IMG/VR virus record: IMGVR_UViG_3300042890_002721
Span: 8,647-72,646 of that record
Length of the DNA stretch: 64,000 nt
Source of the DNA: a virus
Direction: 5' to 3' (one strand)
In this document: positions 17,994 through 27,275 of the stretch, piece after piece
How positions within the stretch are numbered: position 1 is the stretch's first letter
Layout: each line of letters starts with the position of its first letter
Translations under genes and position numbers: made by a program
The notes under the pieces: generated by a model
The model's database searches: none
What the model was told of the DNA's origin: nothing
What the model saw: only the letters and a program-made list of their open reading frames with translations

Positions 17994-20366
17994 CTATTTT
18001 AAATTTAAGCTTGATATATTATCATTACCTTTAACAACTGTAACAACGTTATCTGCCCAATCCTTAACCAAGTCATTGTGCGTAATTAAGAATACAATAT
18101 CATACATATCTTTTATTTTATCAAACAATGGTTTAAGTTTTTCAATGTTTTCTGGTGCTACTTTACCTAACACTTCATCAAATGTGATGAAATTAGGCAT
18201 TGGTAATGTGGATATTTTACCTAGTACACCTCTCAATGCTAAACTAGATGCCGTTTTTTCAAACCCACTACCAGATTTCAATAATTTAGATACTCCATCT
18301 TTGATTATTAAAAACTCAACGTCATTCTTATCATTCATAAATATCTCGATTTCGAAATCACACACATCTTCTAATAATCTTTGAACCTCAGAGTTAATAA
18401 TTGGTAATACTGAACGTAATACTAATTTACTAATACCTTTTTTACCCACCAAATCAATATAGACCTTAAATACTTTTTCTACCTCTTCTTCTTTTTTAAT
18501 TGTTTCAATCAATTTATTTTTAATCTCAATTGAAGATTTATTTAAATTAATATCATTACCAACTCTTTCAATATTGGTTATTGTATCATCTTTGGTTCTA
18601 TTAGAAACAACTAATTTAGTTTTAACATTCTCAACTTCACTATCAACTCTTTTGTTTAGTTCAATAGCTTCTTTGTTAAGTTTATACTTCTTAAGTTCAT
18701 TCATCTTAGATGAAACATCGTTTCTTAAAGCACCAATTTCAACATCAATTCTATCTCTACTTAATTCTAATTTATTTTTATTATCGATTACTTCTTTGAT
18801 AGTGTTTAAAGATTCTAATTCTTCATTGATACTTTTGATTAATAAACCTAATTTGGTTACATCACTTTTGATTAATTCGATTTGTTTTTTATGACCATCT
18901 ATGTGTTCAGAGTTATCAACATCATCTAATTTTCTGTTACATGATTGACAAATACCACCAGCAACCAAATCATCAACAACTATTTCCAATCGACTAACCT
19001 CGGCACTCTTAACGGCCTTATCAGATGTTTGTGTTGTTAAATCTTTTGTTAATTCGTGGTGACGGTCCTCATCAAAACTAACTTCACCAATCTCTTTAAT
19101 TTCATCAACAACTTTGTTAAAGTTAGCTAATAATATTTTACCATTTTCGGTTATTGTTTTAATATCACCTTCTAATTTAGATGGATTAAGCTCAGAAATA
19201 GTAACATCTATTTTTTCTTTACTATTTAACAATCTATCATTCTCATTACTTAAATCAGTAATTTCTTTTTTGGTTGATTCAAGACGTTCATTTAATGTTT
19301 TTTCTAATTCAACTGCTAAAACACCTTTTTCTTTGTGGTCATCAATTTCTTGATTTAATGTAATCACATCAAAATCATTAGATTTTTTCTTTTTAGCAAA
19401 TTCATTATACATAGTTCTAACAGCAGCTTCTTTCATTTCTAAAACTTCCAGACCAATAAGTCTAGTAAGTATCTTTCCAGATTCTGTTGTTGTTAAACCA
19501 ATCAAATCATCTAAATTATTTTCAGTTGCCAATACAAGCATCTCAAAATCTTTTTCAGTACCAATAGTTTCTTTTAATTTTTTAGTAGTTGCTTTAGCAT
19601 CTTCCTCATTTAATTCCTTTTCAGTACCATCTGGTAATAACTCATAGTAATTAACTTTATTCGTAACTGTCCATTCACCAGTTTTCTTTTGTGAACGTCT
19701 CATTTTACGCTCTATAATGACTTCATCACCTTCTAAATCAATCATACCACGCACAACTAATTCATTTTTATCACTATATGTATTAAAAATTTGCTCATTC
19801 TTATCTGTTTTGGTTGTTGTACCATGACACAAGAATTTAATACCATCAATTGTGAATGTAGTTTTCCCACCTTGATTAGCTGGAACTGAATTAACAACTG
19901 TTAAACCTTTTAATTTAGAAAATGGAACATAATTATCCTCACCAAAACATAAGAAATTATTAACCATAAGCCATTTCATTGACCATGTTTTATGTTGTGA
20001 AGAATTTAAATCCACATTTAGCTCACCATTAACTTTGTTATCCAAAGCTATTATTCTATCAAAATCGATAACTTTACCATCTCTTTCAATAATCTCTTTC
20101 ATAAGAGCTCTTTGGTAATTAACATCCATGATATTTTCAATACCAGCACCACTAATTTCAATTAATTCACCCTTTTCATTCTTCTTAACTGGTCTATAGA
20201 CAACATTAATATTGTTCCTATTCACACCGTATTTAGAAGCAAAATAGTTTCTAATTTTAATCTTATTATCTTTACTGTAATTATGTGGTAAATCATCCCA
20301 ATACACTTTAATTTTAGAGTGTGTTGATATCATTGTTTTATCTAGTGTTTCAATATTATTCTCCAT
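17994..20366 (-). CDS. SbcC/Rad50 (T4 gp46-like) ATPase
   Basis: Walker A NQGGKTT, zinc hook CQSC, signature SGFEK, Walker B FITFDE, H-loop ITHN. Confidence 0.92.
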   Translation of the reverse strand: MENNIETLDKTMISTHSKIKVYWDDLPHNYSKDNKIKIRNYFASKYGVNRNNINVVYRPVKKNEKGELIEISGAGIENIMDVNYQRALMKEIIERDGKVIDFDRIIALDNKVNGELNVDLNSSQHKTWSMKWLMVNNFLCFGEDNYVPFSKLKGLTVVNSVPANQGGKTTFTIDGIKFLCHGTTTKTDKNEQIFNTYSDKNELVVRGMIDLEGDEVIIERKMRRSQKKTGEWTVTNKVNYYELLPDGTEKELNEEDAKATTKKLKETIGTEKDFEMLVLATENNLDDLIGLTTTESGKILTRLIGLEVLEMKEAAVRTMYNEFAKKKKSNDFDVITLNQEIDDHKEKGVLAVELEKTLNERLESTKKEITDLSNENDRLLNSKEKIDVTISELNPSKLEGDIKTITENGKILLANFNKVVDEIKEIGEVSFDEDRHHELTKDLTTQTSDKAVKSAEVSRLEIVVDDLVAGGICQSCNRKLDDVDNSEHIDGHKKQIELIKSDVTKLGLLIKSINEELESLNTIKEVIDNKNKLELSRDRIDVEIGALRNDVSSKMNELKKYKLNKEAIELNKRVDSEVENVKTKLVVSNRTKDDTITNIERVGNDINLNKSSIEIKNKLIETIKKEEEVEKVFKVYIDLVGKKGISKLVLRSVLPIINSEVQRLLEDVCDFEIEIFMNDKNDVEFLIIKDGVSKLLKSGSGFEKTASSLALRGVLGKISTLPMPNFITFDEVLGKVAPENIEKLKPLFDKIKDMYDIVFLITHNDLVKDWADNVVTVVKGNDNISSLNLK

Positions 20367-20760
20367 AAAAATCTCTTTTATTTTTGTTTCGTTCTAATTC
20401 TAACTTTTGTAACGTACTATTCCATTCTTTTTGAAAATGTTCAGAATCTTTCTTATAAGAATCACGTTCCCCTTCAAGTTTTGTTACCTTTTCAGATAGT
20501 TCTTTTGTTTGTGAATCGTCAGTTATATAAACTTCTTTTTCAACTGTAATTTCTTTTATAACTTCCACAATCTTTTCAACTGGTACTTCTACAATCTTCT
20601 CAATTATTTTATCTTTTGGTTGAGCTATTGGTGATGAACCAAATTTTTCAGCAGTAAAGCCTTGTTTGATTAATTTTATTATAAATTCATCAATATTTGA
20701 GATATCATTGACTCTACAATAATCCCAAATCTCATCTTTAAGGTTCTTCGGTATCTCCAT
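20356..20760 (-). CDS. Hypothetical protein with EKIVEV repeats
   Basis: IIEKIVEVPVEKIVEVIKEITVEKEV plus coiled coil. Confidence 0.7.
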   Translation of the reverse strand: MEIPKNLKDEIWDYCRVNDISNIDEFIIKLIKQGFTAEKFGSSPIAQPKDKIIEKIVEVPVEKIVEVIKEITVEKEVYITDDSQTKELSEKVTKLEGERDSYKKDSEHFQKEWNSTLQKLELERNKNKRDFYGE

Positions 20761-20977
20761 CTAGTCCTAATATTAAATCTTTAACATCTTTATCTGTTTG
20801 GTGAAGAAATTGAATTTCTCCGTTGTTGGTATCCACATATACCGTCAAAACTTTGTTATTTGTCATAACATAAGTATTTCCATCTCTAGCTAATCCGAAC
20901 TCACCATTTACAATGATAAAGTCATCCATATCAGCTGGAATGCTATTAATGTACGTTTTTAATTCTGTTAACTTCAT
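20738..20977 (-). CDS. Hypothetical protein
   Basis: 79 aa ORF overlapping both neighbours. Confidence 0.65.
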   Translation of the reverse strand: MKLTELKTYINSIPADMDDFIIVNGEFGLARDGNTYVMTNNKVLTVYVDTNNGEIQFLHQTDKDVKDLILGLDGDTEEP

Positions 20978-21461
20978 TTATCTTCATTTTTAATTTTTTA
21001 ACATTTTCATACTGACTAAGTAATTTTTCTAATCGATTTGGTTTTAATGTTTTATATGTAGAATCTAAAAATTCAATAGCTGAGTTTTGGTTGAAGTTAT
21101 CTAAAAGTTCCTTAGCAATATCATTTATGATTTCTAAACCATTATCTATCTCTAATGAATAGTCTATACTTTCAACACTTTCCTCTATTAAGTATGGTGT
21201 GAATAAGTTAATTAATTCTTCTAATTCAAACTCTGGTATTCTAAACCATTCGGTTCTACTTGTTTTACCAGAGTTTTCATTAACAGCTAATATCCTATGT
21301 CTACTATACCTATTATGTAATTCAATTTCTGGTATTTCTGAAATACCAATTAAAATAAGTGTCGGGTTATTGGCTCTTATTTGTTTGTATCTTCTATCTA
21401 TATTATCCGTTTTTCCAATCTTGTATAAACCATTGGCTTCCATTAAATAAGTAATAATCAT
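20946..21461 (-). CDS. GIY-YIG nuclease of T5orf172/Mug113 type
   Basis: YLM....YKIGKT....RR, E.ELH..Y, EWF. Confidence 0.8.
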   Translation of the reverse strand: MIITYLMEANGLYKIGKTDNIDRRYKQIRANNPTLILIGISEIPEIELHNRYSRHRILAVNENSGKTSRTEWFRIPEFELEELINLFTPYLIEESVESIDYSLEIDNGLEIINDIAKELLDNFNQNSAIEFLDSTYKTLKPNRLEKLLSQYENVKKLKMKINEVNRIKNVH

Positions 21462-22270
21462 AAATTAGTAATTTTCTCAGAACCACTTTCAATATCTTCA
21501 AGTGATTTTATTCTAAATTGATAATAAGGAAATCTATTATCAACATCATGTTCTGTAAATGTTTTTGATTCAATATCCCAAAACAAAAAACCATGCTTAG
21601 TAACGTTTTCACCAAAATCTTGTTGAATAAGACTTGATGGGTAAGCAATTGGAATACCTTTATGGATAAATGATTGTCTTTTATGTATATCACCTAACAT
21701 AACAATATCACACCCTTCAAATATATCTAAACCAGCACCATGGTCAAAATCATAACCAATATCTGTTTTAGCATTCATTATTGGTGCATGGAACAACCCA
21801 ATGTATGTTTTATCATCACCAAATTCAATTCTAGCACTTTCAATATCTGGTTTACTATTATCTTCAAATATTGAATATACACACCAAACAATATTGTCAT
21901 CCAAATAACATTTAGACTCTTTGAAATAATTTATATTTGCATCTGGTAAGAATTGTACCATTGGTGTGATACTATCCATACGGTCTTTATTATTCTCTAA
22001 TAAATCATGGTTACCAGCGATAACTATAACTGGTGCTATCTCTTCCAATTTTCTTAGAAACCATGTCCCTAACATAAGTTGTTCATTTGATATAACAATC
22101 TTTTGATGAACCAAGTCACCAGCAACAAGTATTCTAACTTCATCCTTTTCATATCCTTCAACCAACTCGATAATGTCTTTATATAGGTTTCTAAAAACCT
22201 CTTTATACTCATTATGTAGTCTCATTGTTCTGATATGAATATCAGCCATGTGTATAATTTTCTTTACCAT
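21458..22270 (-). CDS. SbcD/Mre11 (T4 gp47-like) metallophosphoesterase nuclease
   Basis: ADIH, AGDLVH, GNHD, FH, GDIH, SSLIQQDFGE. Confidence 0.92.
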   Translation of the reverse strand: MVKKIIHMADIHIRTMRLHNEYKEVFRNLYKDIIELVEGYEKDEVRILVAGDLVHQKIVISNEQLMLGTWFLRKLEEIAPVIVIAGNHDLLENNKDRMDSITPMVQFLPDANINYFKESKCYLDDNIVWCVYSIFEDNSKPDIESARIEFGDDKTYIGLFHAPIMNAKTDIGYDFDHGAGLDIFEGCDIVMLGDIHKRQSFIHKGIPIAYPSSLIQQDFGENVTKHGFLFWDIESKTFTEHDVDNRFPYYQFRIKSLEDIESGSEKITNL

Positions 22271-22276
22271 TTATAA

Positions 22277-22612
22277 TTATTTTTTATATCCGTTTAATCT
22301 TTTTATTTGTCCATTAAGTTTTTCAACTTCTTTATTAATATATTCATTTAAAGAAAAAATAGCATCTTCTATATAAATAAAAATTCCAAAACCAACAGAT
22401 TTATTTCCATCATTAATAATTTCTGGTTTTTTCTCCCATTGTTTACCGAAACTTAATCGAATACCATTCCATTCACTTTTTATTTCACGGTATTCACAAC
22501 TACCCATACTTAATTCAAGACCTTCAATCATTAACTCTACTATAGTAAAATTTTTATCATCAACGTAATAAATTGTATCACCTAATTTTAAGTCTTTACC
22601 AGTTTTGAACAT
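22277..22612 (-). CDS. Hypothetical protein
   Basis: 111 aa ORF. Confidence 0.65.
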   Translation of the reverse strand: MFKTGKDLKLGDTIYYVDDKNFTIVELMIEGLELSMGSCEYREIKSEWNGIRLSFGKQWEKKPEIINDGNKSVGFGIFIYIEDAIFSLNEYINKEVEKLNGQIKRLNGYKK

Positions 22613-22613
22613 A

Positions 22614-23396
22614 TTAAGCGTTTTTCATTATGTTATAGTGGTGCATTTCAATAAGTTTTTTAGCTTCGTGTTTTAAATACATTATTTGAATCTTTTCGAA
22701 TGACATTTTCTCTTTATCCCAATAACCAACACATATTTGACGACATTTACGATTTGGGTGCTCTAATTCGTACATATAAGCGTACACAGATAACTGTAAT
22801 GTATAAATTGACCATTGACATGCTTGTAAGTGGTCAAATGGTTTAAAAAGTGTCTGATAACCAAATTCATTGAAGAAGTTAAATACTCTATTTGTTTTCC
22901 AATCCCATACATCAAAGAAAATTGGGTCTATATCTATTATTAAATCCGACATACCAGCTAACTCATATTCTTCAGAAAAAAGGATTCTTTCTGGCCACAT
23001 AGCAATACCTTCATTAATCTTCAATGCTTCATAACCTTCAATAACTTTTTGTTCAAATAACCCATCTTCTGACTCATCTGGAAAATACCATTTATTAGCT
23101 AATAAATAACGCTCAACTATATCATGGACTTTTGACCCATATATATTAGCATCATCATTTAATTTTTGCCAAAAATCAAGTATTTCTTGTTGTGACAAAC
23201 CAACGTAACGTTCTTGTTTTGCGTTATCTAATTGATTAAATATTGCCAATGAAACAGATTCAGAATCAAAATGAGGTTCAATGGATGAAAGTGTCGTAGT
23301 TACCGACTTATATGTTTTACCAGTTTCCCTATGATGATATTTATGTTCTATTGGTTCAAGGTAAACTGGACCAACCCATAATTTCGCTTTACTCAT
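22614..23396 (-). CDS. PD-(D/E)XK exonuclease (RecB/lambda-exo-like)
   Basis: SVTT, G...H...E, AG..DL, DWKT, Y.LQLS.Y. Confidence 0.85.
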   Translation of the reverse strand: MSKAKLWVGPVYLEPIEHKYHHRETGKTYKSVTTTLSSIEPHFDSESVSLAIFNQLDNAKQERYVGLSQQEILDFWQKLNDDANIYGSKVHDIVERYLLANKWYFPDESEDGLFEQKVIEGYEALKINEGIAMWPERILFSEEYELAGMSDLIIDIDPIFFDVWDWKTNRVFNFFNEFGYQTLFKPFDHLQACQWSIYTLQLSVYAYMYELEHPNRKCRQICVGYWDKEKMSFEKIQIMYLKHEAKKLIEMHHYNIMKNA

Positions 23397-23413
23397 TATT
23401 TTTTTTTTTATTA

Positions 23414-23453
23414 CAAATATACCATTTTTTTAACTTACATGCAAGTATTTATC
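23414..23453. promoter_or_regulatory. Back-to-back divergent promoters: minus CTTGCA-N18-TATATTTG, plus TATTTAT
   Basis: Both motif classes occur in the 70 bp divergent intergenic region. Confidence 0.55.
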
Positions 23454-23466
23454 TATAAAATATTAT

Positions 23467-24633
23467 ATGGTAAATAGTAATATGAAAAATTTTATAAAAC
23501 AAAAATTAAACGAAGCGTTATTGAAAGAGAAATTAATGCTTAAAGATTGGGATTTATATATTCAATTGGTAGCTAAGGCTTATGCTGAAGCACCAGACTT
23601 CGATGCTAGTGTTGTAAACGCTTGGAATGCTCTTAATCAATCTAATTATACATTATTTAATAGAATCTTATCAAAGGTTAATTTAATCTTCATAACTTCA
23701 GATAAGAATAAAGTTGGTTCTATTGAAATAAATGGTAAACTTTATAAAGTTAAATTAGCAGAACTTGGTGATGAGTATAATACTCAAAGTGAGATGAAAA
23801 ATTCATTCAATGAAACTGGTATACTTAAAATTAGTATGGATTATTCTGAACACCCTATATTAAGTGTTAAAGATAATATTGTATTTAGAAGTGTTCATGA
23901 TTACATTGCTCATATATTAGGTAATCATGATTTTGGTGCTAAGGGTGAAATAGCTTGTTATAATTTACACGCTAAAATGGCACCTAATGCAGCAATACCA
24001 GCGTTGTTTACTGAAGTGGTTGGACAAGCATCAACAACAATAGTAACTAATTCTTACCCTAAACAAAAAATAGCTATATTAAAAGGTTTTGATTACACAA
24101 GGGTAGGTCTAATTGATGATGATAATTATGTGATTGTTGATAAGGTTTTAGTTCCTAAATCACAAGCTGAAAATCCAATTATAAGTAAACCAATCGATAG
24201 AACTGAACCAAGTGTTGTTCCACAAAAACAAGAATTTGAAGAACCTTCATTAACTGAGTATTATGATGATTTTGATTATGATGATATGGATTTTTTTGAA
24301 CCAAAGAAAGCTAAGAAATCCGATAAGGTTACTTTTATGGCTAAATTACCAGATGTGATTAGATTATACAGAATACTTGTTGCTGATTCAATAGAAGATA
24401 TCGATACAACATTCTTAGGTTATCATTATTCAATGGATAAAAATAATCTATTAAGAACACACAGCTTTTTAAAAGGTAAAAAATACTTCTTGGCGACTGT
24501 AGATGCTAAAAAATCTTTGGTGGATATAAAAACTACTATGGATAATAATGCATTATATCCTAATGAAAAAGAAATAACCCTTAAAAATAAAGGTAGAGGT
24601 GTTGATGTTATATCTATTGAACCGTTGAATTAA
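23467..24633 (+). CDS. Two-domain protein: HDxxxH domain plus ADP-ribosyltransferase-like C-terminus
   Basis: FRSVHDYIAH..F...GE....H...ALFTEV.GQ; C-terminal LYR...HYS...NEKEI (R-S-E). Confidence 0.55.
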   Translation: MVNSNMKNFIKQKLNEALLKEKLMLKDWDLYIQLVAKAYAEAPDFDASVVNAWNALNQSNYTLFNRILSKVNLIFITSDKNKVGSIEINGKLYKVKLAELGDEYNTQSEMKNSFNETGILKISMDYSEHPILSVKDNIVFRSVHDYIAHILGNHDFGAKGEIACYNLHAKMAPNAAIPALFTEVVGQASTTIVTNSYPKQKIAILKGFDYTRVGLIDDDNYVIVDKVLVPKSQAENPIISKPIDRTEPSVVPQKQEFEEPSLTEYYDDFDYDDMDFFEPKKAKKSDKVTFMAKLPDVIRLYRILVADSIEDIDTTFLGYHYSMDKNNLLRTHSFLKGKKYFLATVDAKKSLVDIKTTMDNNALYPNEKEITLKNKGRGVDVISIEPLN

Positions 24634-24736
24634 CTATATTCATTATAATTTAATTTTCTGGATGTTCTAAGTAAAGCAACTACACCCTTAGACCCATATT
24701 GTTCAAACAATTTAGATGGGTCATAACCTTCTGGTG
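24630..24736 (-). pseudogene. Stranded duplicate 3' end of the DNA primase gene
   Basis: Reads PEGYDPSKLFEQYGSKGVVALLRTSRKLNYNEYS*; the expressed end reads PEGYDVSLINQVYGSKGVIKLLRTTRKLKYDELN*. Confidence 0.92.
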
Positions 24737-24777
24737 ACTTTTAAGTAAATTATATGTATTTATATTAAAACATATAA

Positions 24778-25347
24778 ATGCCTTATAAGAACCCAGAAGA
24801 TAAAAAAGCACATAACAAAAAACGTTATGAAAATAATAAAGAAAAATTAATTTTACAAAATAAAGAAAATAAAAATAAAAAAATTAATAATAAAAAATAT
24901 CGAGATAAAAATAAAGAAAAAATTAATGAAAACCAAAAAATATACGCATTAAATAATAAAGAGAAAATTAATACATATAAAAGAGAATACGAAAAAAATA
25001 GAATGGAGATTGACCCATTATTTAAAATGATTAAAAACATTAGAAACTTAATTGGTGTTTCAATAAAAAGACAAGGGTTCGATAAAAACTCAAAAACTAT
25101 TACCATACTTGGTTGCTCATTTAATGAATTCAAGTCATATCTAGAATCAAAGTTTGAAACATGGATGGATTGGGGTAATAAAGGTAAATATAATGGTGAA
25201 TTAAACCATGGTTGGGATATAGACCATATTATACCAATATCTTCAGCTATAACTGAAGAAGATGTGATTAGATTGAATCACTATACGAATCTTCAACCAT
25301 TGTGTAGTAAAATAAATAGAGATATTAAAAAGGATAACTTAATTTAA
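24778..25347 (+). mobile_element. HNH homing endonuclease, antisense to primase
   Basis: LGCS...K.YLE..F...M.W.N.G; W.IDHIIP.S....LNHYTNLQPLC...N; own CTTTT-N14-TATTTATA promoter at 24738-24764. Confidence 0.88.
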
Positions 25348-26295
25348 CTCATCATATTTTAACTTTCTTGTTGTTCTAAGCAATTTAATAACACCTTTTG
25401 ACCCATATACTTGATTTATTAAACTAACATCATACCCTTCTGGTGGGATACATATTCTAATTCTATCGTATAAATCACCAAAATTTAATTGTTTGTATAA
25501 GTGTATCGCATCTTTTAGTGCATCATCATCTAATAACACCACAATATTAGATGATGATTTATCATAAATCATTTCTAACAAGATTGGTGATATGTATTTA
25601 CCTAACATTGGTATTGAATTCGGTACTACTATATGGTCAGTAACACCTTCAACAAGATATATTGTAGCATCCCAATTAATTTTAGACTCATTGAAAATTA
25701 TTTCTTGTTTTTCAACATCTGGATTTAAATATTTTAATTTGGTTTTCTCTTTTGCAAACCATCTAGCGATAAAATAATTTAATTTACCTTCACTATCATA
25801 AGATGGGATAATAATTCTATTAAAATGTTTACCCTTGATAGTATAACCTATATCAAATTCTTTGATTATATCATCTGTAATACCACGTTCTCTTAGATAT
25901 GTCATGGCCATATCATACTTAAAATTTTTGGATGTGGATTCGGATAACTTTTTATAACTTTCTGGTAATTCAACAATAACTTCTTTACGTTCTTTACCAA
26001 CCATGGTGTCAGCATCTGGTTTTAATAGTAAGTAATCACGTAAATTTTTTTGTGAACCGTATTTTTTGATTAGTTTGGTAACTGGCCCTTGCATGTTGTT
26101 TACCTCACCACAAGACCAACAGTGAAAAACACTTCTATTATAGTTTATTTCTAAGTTACCTTTACCATCACCTTCGAACATATTTTTCTCATACGAACAC
26201 GCTGGACAATCAAAAGAGATTTGTCCAGTATCTTCATTGTGTTTTCTGTTTTCACCTAGAAAACCTTCGAGTATATCTACTAATAATACTGACAT
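25339..26295 (-). CDS. DNA primase (zinc ribbon plus TOPRIM)
   Basis: CPAC...HCWSC, YLRERGI, RIIIP, KYLN, LVEG..D, LDDDA. Confidence 0.9.
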   Translation of the reverse strand: MSVLLVDILEGFLGENRKHNEDTGQISFDCPACSYEKNMFEGDGKGNLEINYNRSVFHCWSCGEVNNMQGPVTKLIKKYGSQKNLRDYLLLKPDADTMVGKERKEVIVELPESYKKLSESTSKNFKYDMAMTYLRERGITDDIIKEFDIGYTIKGKHFNRIIIPSYDSEGKLNYFIARWFAKEKTKLKYLNPDVEKQEIIFNESKINWDATIYLVEGVTDHIVVPNSIPMLGKYISPILLEMIYDKSSSNIVVLLDDDALKDAIHLYKQLNFGDLYDRIRICIPPEGYDVSLINQVYGSKGVIKLLRTTRKLKYDELN

Positions 26296-26337
26296 ACCGC
26301 AAAATTACTAATTTATTATTGATTTTACAACTTTTTA

Positions 26338-26589
26338 TTAGAATTTTTTTAAAATAAAAGATTTAACCAATAAATTTATGGTTGTACGTTTGTCTGAATA
26401 ATACTTTGAATTATTGGTTGCAATGTATTTCTTTCTAACCATATCAAAAATATCTAGTATTGTTTGATTCCTTAATTCTAATGTGTAATTTAACTCAAAA
26501 TATGTAATGTGAAAATCAACAACTGATTTGACAATAATCAAATCTTCATCAATTGTATTATCAATTAATTTATTTGTTTCACTTTCCAT
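26338..26589 (-). CDS. Hypothetical protein
   Basis: 83 aa ORF. Confidence 0.55.
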   Translation of the reverse strand: MESETNKLIDNTIDEDLIIVKSVVDFHITYFELNYTLELRNQTILDIFDMVRKKYIATNNSKYYSDKRTTINLLVKSFILKKF

Positions 26590-27224
26590 AACTCATTTTT
26601 TTGCATATATCCAATACCAGCTACATACGCATCAGAAGTATCAAATGTTTCTTTTTTGAGTTTGTTTTTCTTATCGTAAAACCAAGCTACTTGTGGTTCT
26701 AATTCAGCAACCTTTTCCCATAACACATATTTCTTATCAACATCAAAAGAATAATCACCAAATAATACTGGTGTATTTTTAGCAATGACTTTTTCAGTTA
26801 ATGGTGTACCATCTTTTTTAAATTTTCTAATTGCCATTAATTCTGGGAATGCATATTTACGTGCATCATATGATGAAATAAAATCTGGAACAACACCAAC
26901 TGTATCGTAAACAGATTTTGATATCATACCATTAAAACGTAAAAGAGTTGCAATAGTATACACATTATTTGATTGTAATAATGGTTCTTCAATAACAACT
27001 TTAGTAATACCAAAGTCACTATAATTAGCTAAAAATTCTTGTTCAAATATTTCAACCTTACGGAACAATTCTTCCATCTTACTTTGTGGTTGTGGTTTAA
27101 CTTTTGGTGATACATGGTGTAATAATTTTAATTCACCATGGTCACCCATATCTTGGAATAACGCAATACCTATGCAACTTGTTGACACATCCAATGCTAA
27201 TAAAAATTCTGGTTCTTTTGACAT
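26565..27224 (-). CDS. RuvC-like Holliday junction resolvase
   Basis: LALDVST..IG, VVIEEP, L.RF.G, D.SDA RNase H-fold acidic residues. Confidence 0.75.
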   Translation of the reverse strand: MSKEPEFLLALDVSTSCIGIALFQDMGDHGELKLLHHVSPKVKPQPQSKMEELFRKVEIFEQEFLANYSDFGITKVVIEEPLLQSNNVYTIATLLRFNGMISKSVYDTVGVVPDFISSYDARKYAFPELMAIRKFKKDGTPLTEKVIAKNTPVLFGDYSFDVDKKYVLWEKVAELEPQVAWFYDKKNKLKKETFDTSDAYVAGIGYMQKNELWKVKQIN

Positions 27225-27275
27225 ATAATTCTTTGTTTTATACCAATGTATAAAACCTTACGAAAAAATAAAGTC

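Noticed and set aside
20946-21461. T5orf172-type GIY-YIG as a seventh gene-end-swapping element
   Set aside because: Only a weak resemblance (SLEIDNGLEII inside the ORF versus the SbcD end SLEDIESGSEKI) with poor DNA identity, no discrete stub and no promoter motif. It could be chance.
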